64,000 nucleotides of DNA from NCBI GenBank assembly GCA_918797485.1, contig CAKKNE010000002.1:5146001-5210000 (forward strand), given 5' to 3'. This DNA comes from Pelagomonas calceolata (Eukaryota). Under the pieces are notes generated by a model. The model ran no database searches. It was not told where the DNA came from and saw only the letters and a program-made list of their open reading frames with translations. This document shows positions 45,149-54,358 of this stretch, one piece after another (position 1 is the first letter of the stretch; every line of letters begins with the position of its first letter). The translations under genes and the position numbers were made by a program.

Positions 45149-45576
45149 TTTGGCTGCCTGTCAGGGCTGCCTTAATCAGCTGGAGGCTGCCTATCCTTCA
45201 CTGGAGTCCAAGGCTCTGGGAATTGCACTGCAGCTGTCCCCAATCCAGGCGTTGGGCCGAAGCGGTCAGGCGACCCTAATCCTTAGCATAATAAGCCCAC
45301 TAGCCCAACCTCCCTCGCCCAGCGGCTAATTTTGGCGCGTAGGGGCTCACTGCTGCCATCGTTGCAAGCGGACAATCCTAGGGGACGTAGGCACGCGCCG
45401 TAGGCAGCTTGACCCACAAATAGTCGCTCCGGCTACGCCACAGCAGCCTATCCTCAGAGAGCGAGTAGCCACGGCAGCGCGCGCGCGGGGCGCCATTCCT
45501 GCATCCGTCGGGCGCGGACACCCGCGAGCGCCCGCACGCAACCGCACGCAATCAATAACAACGGATAGCAGGCACC

Positions 45577-48434
45577 ATGGCGGCACTCGCGAAGCCCGAC
45601 AAACAAAGACTACCAAAAAAAGAGGCCGAGACCTTCAAGAACATCGTCAAGTTCTACGAGACGAAGCAGTACAAGAAGGGCCTGAAGGCCGCCGACCTCG
45701 TCCTCAAAAAACACCCCGAGCACGGCGAAACTTTAGCAATGAAGGGCCTCGTCCTGAATTGTTTGGATCGGAAGACGGAGGCCTACGACCACGTCAAAAA
45801 AGGTCTAAGGGCGGACATGCGGAGCCACGTGTGCTGGCACGTCTATGGGTTACTTTATAGGAGCGATAGGAACTACGAGCAAGCTATTAAGAGCTATAAG
45901 CAGGCCTTAAAAATTGATTCTGATAACGTGCAGATTCTCCGGGATCTATCCTTGCTCCAAGTGCAGCTGCGGGACACGCGCGGCTTCTTGGAGACTAGGA
46001 GGCGACTGCTCACGCTGAAGTCGACGAACAAGATGCACTGGATCGCGTACGCTGTTGCTAATCATCTCGATGGGAAGGGTAAGGAGGCGATCAAGGTCAT
46101 CGACGCCTACGGCGAAACGGTCAAGGAGGAAGGCAGGGAGCGGAATTACGAGAATTCCGAATTGGCTCTATATCGGAATTTACTGTTGGAAGAAAGCGGT
46201 AAGTATGACGAAGCGTTGGACCATTTAGATGCTTGTAAAAGTGTAGTAGTCGACGGCTTCGGCTGGCGGAAGAAAAGGGCGGAATTATTGCTGTATGCCG
46301 GTCGGCGCGGCACTACCAGCACAGGTGTCTTGGATAGGAATGAAGCCGTGAGAGCGTGGGTGTCGCTCATAAGGCAACCGGTGGGCGCGGACAACTACCA
46401 CTTCCACCGCGGGTTGCAGTGCGCTTTGTTGGAAGTAGATGCGACGAAATGCCTCGAGCTCATGAGAGAAAAAGCGACGCGCACGCCGACCGATGTGTTG
46501 GTATTATCAGATACACAAGTCACGCTGTTAGACGACGCCTATTCAACCTTAGCTTCCGAACAACCGCGCGCGGACGCGTTTGCCTGGCTGCCGCTGACCT
46601 ATTGTCCCGCGGGTCCGTCCTTCGACGCGCAGCTCGATGCGTTCTGCCGACGGTTTATAAAAAGAGGCGCGCCGGCTCTAGGAAGCGCGCTCGAAAGGTT
46701 GTGGGCCCCTCAACCAAATGATGTCGTCGAGGGCCGGTGTCGCGGTTCGCAGTGCTGTCGGAAGGTTCTGGACATGGCAAAAACGCACGCCGCGGCACTT
46801 TCGTCAAAAAGTACCTTCGCCAACGGCGACGCTACCACACCGACGAGCGAAGCCTGGGCGTTGTATTTACAAGCCCATTGTCTGGAGTGGCTCGGGCAAT
46901 TGGACGAGGCCATGGCTGTGATTGATCGAGCGATAGCACATACGCCAACAGCCGTCGACTTCCCGGAGAAGAAGGCTCGACTCCTCAAGAAGGCCGGTCG
47001 TATTAAAGATGCAGCGGAGATGATGGACACCGCCCGAAAATTGGATTTGGCGGATCGGTACATCAATAATAAATGTACAAAGTACATGTTACGAGCCGGC
47101 AACGTTGACGACGCCCGAGCCACGGCGGCGTTATTTACTCGCGAAGAGGCCGGTGAACCGGAGCAGCATCTGAGAGATATGCAAGCCTCCTGGTATGAAT
47201 TGGAGGTTGGTTCAGCATTGGCGCGGCGCGTGACAACCGGCACACCAGCAGAATTGCGGGAGCTAGCTGGCCCGGCGCTCAAACTGTTTCTGAGCGTAGA
47301 AAAGCACTTCAGCGACTTCGTCGAGGACCAGTTCGACTTCCACACGTACTGCGTGCGCAAGATGACTCTTAGAGCGTATGTATCTGTTTTGAAGCTGGAG
47401 GATAACATACGGGGGCACAAGGCCTTCGTCAAGGCTTGCGTCCAAGCCGCGGAGCTCTACTTATTGCTACACAAGGCCGACTCGGCGGAAGTCGCCAACT
47501 GTGTGGAAATCAACCAGTGCGTCGGGTGCTCGGCGATGACGCGGCCGTGCCGGCTCCGTCGAGCGGTGACGAACCGGCACCGCCACGCCATCGAGCAGGC
47601 GTCGCGTCGATGGCGTGGAGGACGACGCGACGGTTCAGCACGAACGCGCCGTAAAATTTGATTTCCACACAGGTCGCCAAGCCCCAGGAAGCCGTGGACC
47701 CGAAGCTCGCCAAGGCCTTGGCCAAGAGAGAAAAGGCCAAGGCAGCGAAGGCGAAACGCAAGGCTGAAGCTGACGCCAAGGCTCAGGCCGAAGCCGCGAA
47801 AGAAGCCGCGAAAAATGATGACAGTAAAAAGAAGCTGCCGAAACGCGACGCTGATGAAGATCCGAAAGGAGAGAAATTAGCCGCGCTCGAGCCGTTGAAG
47901 GAGGCTACTAGACTATCCAAAGCATTGGAGAAGTACGCGGCATCTTCCGTAGAGACGCACGCGCTGGCCTTCGACGTGTCTATGGTGCGGGCCAAGCCGT
48001 TGTTGGCGCTCCGCGCGTTGCGACGATTATCAAAACAGAGCGACCAGCGGGCCTTCGTCGTGCGGTTGGCGCGGCTGACGCAAGCGCGGCCGGCGATGAC
48101 GTTAACGGCTACGGTCGCTTCAGTGCTCGACGCGGAGCTGAAGGACTTGTTGTCTGGTGGTGACTGCGTCGCGTTTTTGCGCGGATTCGCGGCGCGGCGG
48201 CCCTTGCTCAGGGACCGGAGCGCGGCGGCGCGGGCGCTGCACGTGCTCGGCGCCTCGGACCCGTCCCTGATTTTGCGGGCCGACGCGGCGGACCCAGATA
48301 TGGCGAAGCCACTGCCGGTCCGGGACTTCGAGGACGCGCTGGCGACGCTGCGGGACGGCGACGGGGCCGCGGCGGGGACGTTCCGGGAGGAATGTCAGAG
48401 GAGGTTTCCCGGCGCGGACTTCCTCCTGAAATAA
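45577..48434 (+). CDS. NAA15: NatA auxiliary subunit; intron 47491-47672
   Basis: YETKQYKKGLK, HGETLAMKGL, SHVCWHVYGL, AIAHTPT, DLADRYIN, DQFDFHTYCVRKMTLRAY. Confidence 0.96.
47491..47672 (+). mobile_element. Introner intron, GT-AG (most intact copy)
   Basis: Perfect TSD GTCGCCAA (47491-47498 and 47673-47680); perfect 15-bp TIR CTGTGTGGAAATCAA/TTGATTTCCACACAG. Confidence 0.95.
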
Positions 48435-48456
48435 TTAACTTATGACAAACATACGG

Positions 48457-49749
48457 CTAGAACTTGGGGCACAGCCGCGCCTTGAGTTGCTCGCACACAC
48501 CAGTATTCGACGGACACTTCATGTCCGACCGCTGGCCGACGTTCCAGCAGTAGCGCTCGCCGTCCATGATCGTGTGCCGCGGCACGACGGCGTAGTTGCG
48601 CGGAAAGCAGCCCTTCCGCCCCTTCTCATCTCGCAACCACCAGTAGTAGTCGTAGACCGGCAGTTCGTGCCCTAGCTCCTTGTAGGGGATGTGGTGCAAC
48701 CTCGCGACACACAATTGAAATTCTTCACTATTCTTGTACCCAAGCTTCCGCTGCGTCCTAGCCTGATCACATTTATGCAATTGCCACGTCTGGTCGTCAT
48801 AATACGCCGTGAGCAGGTCCATCCATTTCTCGGCGTACCGTCGCGGCAGCAGGACCATCTTATCGTTGAGGCCGCCCCACGACGCGCAGGCCTTGACCAA
48901 TGCTACCGAATCATCAACATCGACACCCACGACGGGCGCGTCGCCGAGCCAGCCCGCGTCGGCCCGCATCTTGACGATGTGATCGAGCTTCCCATGTCTG
49001 GTTTCCCACTTCACCACGTCGCTCCAGACCAAGGAATGCACGAGCATGTGCAACGCGAACGACGGCCACACGAGCTGGAAGCGCTCGACCACCGATTTGC
49101 CCGGGTTCGCGCCGGACCATTTGGACGGCATGTGCGGCGGCCGCCTCACAAGATCGTAGAGGTGGACCTCGACGCCTCGAGCACCCGCTCCAAGGAAGCG
49201 ATCGACGAGGTCCTCCACCACCTTTCTCTCTTGGTTTTCGTCGTAGGAGGGCAACCCATTGAAACGGTGGACGTGCCAATTCGAGGTATGTTTTGGTCTA
49301 GGGCCTTGGATGGTCAAGAACACATACACGTCAAAATGCTTGGCGTATGGTTTTATCACTCTTTCACTGATGGTCGTGTTCGGGTCGACCCTTTGCAACT
49401 CCCCGTTGATCGTGACGCCTACTTTTTTACCTTTCGACTCTGCACTCACAGGATTCGCCGCGAAGCTGCGCCACCGCGTTCGAACGTAGCAGTCGACGTC
49501 CCTCGCTCGCGACGGCACGGCGACGGTGCCATTTTTACGAGTCTCGGGCAGGAAGACCTGGTGGTTCGACGTCGCGGCGGCGCCGAGGCATCCTTTCTGG
49601 TCCCAGAGGTTCGATCCATAAAAACCGTCGGGCCCCAGGATGCGCTGGCGCAGCTCGGCGTCTCCAAGAAAGCCCGTCCAGCGCCGGTTGGTGGCGGCTG
49701 TGGGGGCTGCCCAGCAGCATATTGCCAGGAGCGCGGTGCGAGCGACCAT
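48457..49749 (-). CDS. Secreted glycosyltransferase-like hypothetical protein
   Basis: Signal peptide MVARTALLAICCWAA; DHIVKMRAD and WGGLNDK motifs. Confidence 0.6.
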   Translation of the reverse strand: MVARTALLAICCWAAPTAATNRRWTGFLGDAELRQRILGPDGFYGSNLWDQKGCLGAAATSNHQVFLPETRKNGTVAVPSRARDVDCYVRTRWRSFAANPVSAESKGKKVGVTINGELQRVDPNTTISERVIKPYAKHFDVYVFLTIQGPRPKHTSNWHVHRFNGLPSYDENQERKVVEDLVDRFLGAGARGVEVHLYDLVRRPPHMPSKWSGANPGKSVVERFQLVWPSFALHMLVHSLVWSDVVKWETRHGKLDHIVKMRADAGWLGDAPVVGVDVDDSVALVKACASWGGLNDKMVLLPRRYAEKWMDLLTAYYDDQTWQLHKCDQARTQRKLGYKNSEEFQLCVARLHHIPYKELGHELPVYDYYWWLRDEKGRKGCFPRNYAVVPRHTIMDGERYCWNVGQRSDMKCPSNTGVCEQLKARLCPKF

Positions 49750-50146
49750 CGATCGATCAAGCTGCCGGACCCGGTGCGACCCTTGATGCGTGGCCCGACC
49801 GCCGCCTCGCCAACGTTTCCGCCGCTGCGACGTCGCGTCGTGGAGTGCCAAAGCAATTGTTTTTTGCATGGTACCCGAACCATGTGCCGGTCCCCGGACG
49901 CGTCGCGCAGGCGTCTGGCGGCGAAGTCAAGGCTGCCCGGCCGCGTGTCCGGTCACAAGCTCTGCGAGCAGCTAGTACGATTCGTGGCTAGTACAACAGC
50001 GCAAACCGCTACCGGGCAGCCCCCAAAACACGAGCAAGGAGAACGTGTGGACGAGCGGGAGTCACAGCCAAGTGGACGAGCGGGAGTCCGCGCAACGGTC
50101 CGGAAGTCGCGGGGCTTGCATTCATCGCAGCCCGCTGCAGACACAA

Positions 50147-51682
50147 ATGGCAGTCTCCAGCCTCGACGCGTTGGGCGTCGCCCCGGAGGACATGACGCCC
50201 GCCGAGGCCAAGGAGCTCGCGCGGTTGATGGAGCAGGTGCGCGCGCTCGAGGAGGGCACCTCTACGACACAGCGGAGGGAGACGCCGGCCCTGTTTACGG
50301 CAGAGGAGAAGCCGCAGCGCACGAGGAAACTCCAACGACCCAAAAGCGCGAGAGCGCGCTACCCGTCGAAGACGCTCGCGCGTTCAGCAAAAGACTTTGC
50401 GAAGAAGCAGCAAGCGTTTCGGGCCACGGAATTACGAGAAAAGGCCGAAGATAAACGGAACAAGGGCAACGCGTCTCCGGTCAAGGAAGAGCACGATGAT
50501 GCACCGGTGCCTCCCTCGGAGCCGCCCAAGGACGTCGTGACGCGCGTCGTGCTATGGCCCGAGTACGCTTTACTGAGAGATGGTGATGTCAGAGTGCATG
50601 TCGAGCGGCACTACCGCGAGGCGCCTCGAGGTGCACAGGCGCGGCGCGCTAGGCCTAGGTGGCAATTAATAGCGGCGGCCGAACGGGCGCGACGGCGCTT
50701 GTCATTAAGGTTAGATGCTCTCAGGAGGTACGGCCCGCCGGAGCTGCTGGGCGATGCGCGCGTGCACAGTCGCGGTGACCGACGGTCATCTCATAGAGTG
50801 AGGTGTGCGAAACTACGCTTATTACCTCAAAGTGTCGAGGTCGAGGAGCCGCCGCCCGCACCAATATCAGGGAGACTGGCTCAGACCAAAGAAAAAATAT
50901 CAAGGAACACGCCCGCGTTACATAATGGTAGGAATGCGCCGAAACAGGTGCCGATGCGGGAGGTCTGCGGCTTCTCGGTCCAGGTCGCGGCCCATGCTAG
51001 AGGTTCATTATATATGGACACCTTACACTCTACCTTAGCGAGAAAAGCTCTGGAGCGGAGCGGCGCCAAGCTGAGGCCACTGGGCACGTCGGATTTGGTC
51101 GAGGGCTTGATGGGCTGGCTCGCGCATTTGGGCATGCCCGTGTCGTCTGTAGATGCTCGTAGAATTGAAGAATATGAAAATGAACGCATCGCGAGGGATC
51201 GCGCCGACGAGGAGGAGCAGGCCGACGCGTTGGTGAGGATGCTTGTTGGTGTCGCGGGCACGGACGTGGCTTATGGTTCGTTAGTGGACCACTTGAGAGA
51301 TGCATTGGTACGCGCGCGAAACGCGGCGACGCCGGACGATTCATCATCTGAGGACGAAGAGGGCAATGATTTGGCGGCGTTCGGCGCTCGGGCTTATAGG
51401 GAAGTACGTCATCGCGTCGTCGACGTGGCGCGTCGAAGGGCGGCTAAAAGAGCGGTGGTCGCGGATGGCGCCAACCCTGACGACGCGGCGTTGGTACTGC
51501 GCCTCGCCAAATTAACGGACGATCACGGCCTGGACCTCCAGGAGATATTTCTGGATGCGCCGACGGCGGCGGGCGCCGTGCGGGCCGATGTGAGGGTGCC
51601 CGCGGCGCAGCTGCGGACGGGATTGAGAAGGATGCTGTGCTGCCTCGCTGAGGAGGAGTTTGAAGATCCTGGGGACGTGTAA
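50147..51682 (+). CDS. Hypothetical protein
   Basis: 511-aa open frame from MAVSSL. Confidence 0.6.
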   Translation: MAVSSLDALGVAPEDMTPAEAKELARLMEQVRALEEGTSTTQRRETPALFTAEEKPQRTRKLQRPKSARARYPSKTLARSAKDFAKKQQAFRATELREKAEDKRNKGNASPVKEEHDDAPVPPSEPPKDVVTRVVLWPEYALLRDGDVRVHVERHYREAPRGAQARRARPRWQLIAAAERARRRLSLRLDALRRYGPPELLGDARVHSRGDRRSSHRVRCAKLRLLPQSVEVEEPPPAPISGRLAQTKEKISRNTPALHNGRNAPKQVPMREVCGFSVQVAAHARGSLYMDTLHSTLARKALERSGAKLRPLGTSDLVEGLMGWLAHLGMPVSSVDARRIEEYENERIARDRADEEEQADALVRMLVGVAGTDVAYGSLVDHLRDALVRARNAATPDDSSSEDEEGNDLAAFGARAYREVRHRVVDVARRRAAKRAVVADGANPDDAALVLRLAKLTDDHGLDLQEIFLDAPTAAGAVRADVRVPAAQLRTGLRRMLCCLAEEEFEDPGDV

Positions 51683-51725
51683 TATAGGCGTCCTTAACTT
51701 AGGCGGACAATATTCCAAAATTCAT

Positions 51726-53790
51726 TCAGCGGCGGTCGTCGTACTCGCGCCGCCGGTCCCGGTAGTCGTCGCGCGGCGGAGACCGGTCCCGCGGCGGCGA
51801 CCGGCCCCGGGGCGGCGAGCGCCGCCGGTCCTGGTAGTCGTCGCGCGGCGGCGACCGCCGCCGGTCGTCGTAGCGGTCCCGGCGGTCGTAGTCGTCCCGC
51901 CGGTCGCGCGGCGGCGACCGCCGCCGGTCGTAGCGGTCGTCGCGGCGGTAGTCGCGGTCGCGCGAGTCGTAGCGCGGCGGCGAGCGCCTGTGTGCGGAGC
52001 GTGAGTTTCGTGGCTCCCGGTGGGACTCGAACCCACAATCTTCGCCTTAGGAGGGCGACGCCTTGTCCATTAGGCCACGAGAGCTATGAGTACAGACACC
52101 GCAGCACACCGTCTCGGCGGCGACCTCCGCCGGTCGTCGTAGCGGTCCCGCGAGTCGTAGCGCCGCCGCGGCGACGGCGAGCGGCCGCGGCGCCCAAAGT
52201 TCGGGTCCCAGCCCGACGCGTTCGGGTCGTGGCTGTAGCGGCAGGACGCGCCGCGCGTGCACCTGCGATGGATGCGCGGTGACGTTCCCTCCTCCCAGAA
52301 CGACGCGGCTCCCGGGTCGACGACGGCTCTCGGCGGGACTCGAACCCGCAATCTTCTCCTTAGGAGGGAGACGCCTTGTCCATTAGGCCACGAAAGCTTC
52401 TCAGATAGTTTGAAGGGGCTCCCGGCGGGACTCGAACCCGCAATCTTCGCCTTAGGAGGGCGACGCCTTGTCCATTAGGCCACGAGAGCGCTTCATGAGT
52501 AGAGACGCCGTATACCGCACCTTCCTTTCATGAAGTCGAAGCACACCTGGTCGTCGAAGCGCGCCCGAGGCGCGTTGTACCCGTCGGTCGTGATGCCGCC
52601 GGTGATGTCCTCGGCGCGCATTTTTCCGCGTTTTTCGTCGAACACTTGCACGAACTGCACGGTGTCCCCTTCGCGCAGGGCGTTGCCGTCCATGATGGCC
52701 GACACGTGGCAGAAGAGGTCCTCGCCGCCGTCGGGCTGCGGTGGGGGAATGACGCGTCAAGTTTTTGCTCGCGTGACCGATACGTGATTCGAACACGTAA
52801 CCTTCAGGACTGGAATCTGACGCGCTACCGTTGCGCCAATCGGTCAATGTTCACGTGTATGCATCCGGTGGGGTTCGAACCCACGCCTCCGAAGAGATTG
52901 GGGCTTAAATCCAACGCCTTAGACCAACTCGGCCACGGATACAAAGTGAACGGTCCGAGGACTCGTGATGATGGTGGGGTTCGAACCCACGCCCGAAGAC
53001 TGGTGCCTAAAACCAGCGCCTAGGGTCGCTCTTGCGAGCTTAGACCACTCGGCCACATCATCAACGTGCGCGATAGTGACAGGGTTCGAACGCGCATCGA
53101 TCTCGGTCAGAGAATCGATCCTGCGACCCTTACGGGAGTAGATTTCAAGTCTACCGCCTTAACCACTCGGCCACACTATCTTGCAACAAAGTCCAGGTAC
53201 CGCGGTGAGACCGATGCGGGAGTCGAACCCGCGACCTTCAGATGATTTTCCAGTCCATATCAGGTGAATGTGTGTGCGAGCGCCTATCCTCGGCGGGATT
53301 CGAACCCGCAACCCCCGGATTAGAAGTCCGATGCGCTATCCGTTGCGCCACGAGGATGGAGGCGACTCAACTCCGACGGGACTCGAACCCGCAACCCCCA
53401 GATTCGAAGTCTGATACGCTATCCATTGCGCCACGGAGTTAGGTGTGTGTTGGTGGAGGAGCAGGGGTTTGAACCCTGGGCTTTCCGCATGCAAAGCGGA
53501 CGCTCTGCCACTGAGCTACACCCCCTTTGAATACAGGACGCGGTAAAACGCGCCGGCTTGATGAAGCCAAACCCCCTATCGTTCCAGCGGCAGGCCGTGC
53601 CCGTGACGCGCTCGCCCGTTCCGTCGCCGATCTTGCCGCGCGTCGGCGAGCGAGAGGGACCGCGGCGCGGCGAGCGGCCGCGCGGCGGCGACCGGCCGCG
53701 CGGCGGCGACCGCGAGCGGCCGCGCGGCGGACTGCGGCCGCGCCCTGGGCTGCGGCCTAGGCCCGGGGGCGAGCGGGATCGGCTCGCCAT
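51726..53790 (-). CDS. RS/RD-rich cold-shock-domain + CCCH zinc-finger RNA-binding protein; exons 53790-53554, 52735-52521, 52262-52110, 51987-51726; tRNA host gene
   Basis: Spliced frame GTACRWNDRGFGFIKP|PDGGEDLFCHVSAI..LREGDTVQF (CSD); CFDFMKGR|CTRGASCRYSH (CCCH); RSPP repeats; intron 1 is GC-AG, introns 2-3 are GT-AG; phases consistent. Confidence 0.88.
52012..52084 (-). tRNA. tRNA-Arg(CCU), in intron 3
   Basis: GCTCTCG..TCGCC CT CCT AA GGCGA..GTTCGAGTC..CGGGAGC. Confidence 0.95.
52325..52397 (-). tRNA. tRNA-Arg(CCU), in intron 2
   Basis: Cloverleaf; TCTCC CT CCT AA GGAGA with a compensatory stem change. Confidence 0.95.
52417..52489 (-). tRNA. tRNA-Arg(CCU), in intron 2
   Basis: Cloverleaf near-identical to the 52012 copy. 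Confidence 0.95.
52774..52845 (-). tRNA. tRNA-Trp(CCA), in intron 1
   Basis: GACCGAT TGGCGCAACGGTAGCGCG TCAGA TT CCA GT CCTGA..GTTCGAATC..ATCGGTCA. Confidence 0.92.
52860..52942 (-). tRNA. tRNA-Leu(UAA), in intron 1
   Basis: TTGGA TT TAA GC CCCAA; long variable arm. Confidence 0.9.
52966..53062 (-). tRNA. tRNA-Leu(UAG) with 19-nt D-loop intron (53022-53040)
   Basis: CTGGT TT TAG GC ACCAG; removing the insert restores GAGTGGTCTAAGGCG. Confidence 0.88.
53071..53180 (-). tRNA. tRNA-Ser(UGA) with 29-nt T-arm intron (53091-53119)
   Basis: GTAGA CT TGA AA TCTAC; variable arm; removing the insert restores GCAGG TTCGAAC CCTGT. Confidence 0.88.
53208..53256 (-). tRNA. Orphan tRNA 3' half (positions 38-73) with short leader; fits the tRNA-Trp 5' half
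   Basis: ATCTGAAGGTCGCGGGTTCGACTCCCGCATCGGTC-T; no adjacent D-arm or 5' acceptor strand. Confidence 0.7.
53285..53357 (-). tRNA. tRNA-Arg(UCU)
   Basis: ATCCTCG..TCGGA CT TCT AA TCCGG..CGAGGAT. Confidence 0.94.
53368..53440 (-). tRNA. tRNA-Arg(UCG)
   Basis: AACTCCG..TCAGA CT TCG AA TCTGG..CGGAGTT. Confidence 0.94.
53454..53525 (-). tRNA. tRNA-Ala(UGC)
   Basis: G3:U70; TCCGC TT TGC AT GCGGA. Confidence 0.93.
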
Positions 53791-54358
53791 CGCTGGCTGA
53801 GCACCACTTTCTTTCGGCGACTCGCCGAAGGCTGTATCGCTGCGGGAGGGCGCGCCGCCGCGCCGCGCTCCCGGAGTTCCGCCGCGCCGGTACTTAGCTG
53901 CGTTTTGCAACGCTGCGCTACGTCCCTGGCGGCCCCGGCGGGTCTGGTGGCAGCGTTTTTTGCGGCTGGTCTGAATCGAAGGCCGGCGAGCTTTGGGCCC
54001 GAGTGGGGGTCGTCGAAAATCTCTGTCGCTTTCACAGAGGCTTCTAGAGGTGTCGCTGGACCCCTCCACAAGTTTGCTTGGCGCGAGGCCATCGATTCGG
54101 ACCAGCATCGCAGGCACTGCGGCCGGCTTGTAATCACGCCTGTCGCGGTGCTCGTGACCTAGGGATCGTTTATGCTTCATCGCATCATTGCTTGAGCCCT
54201 GTAGTTGTGGCTGCACAGAATTGCGTGCACGCGCTGTGCCCCGCAGTCACGTACTTGGCAGTGCCAGCAGCAGGGCATTTCAGCGCTGCGCAGACGCACC
54301 GCCTGCAGACCCCGGGGCGTAGCTGCACCGCACATATCACCGCAGCGACCACAAAACC

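Noticed and set aside
48691..50454. 587-aa + strand ORF
   Set aside because: Arg-rich, no motifs; overlaps two better-supported genes
53239..53265. Box C/D guide for tRNA-Trp methylation (as in the archaeal Trp intron)
   Set aside because: CTGA motifs are present, but there is no proper box C and the antisense element is not positioned by the D+5 rule
53451..53453. Genome-encoded CCA after tRNA-Ala suggesting bacterial or organellar origin
   Set aside because: Only one of ten tRNAs has it; the tRNA bodies look eukaryotic; probably chance
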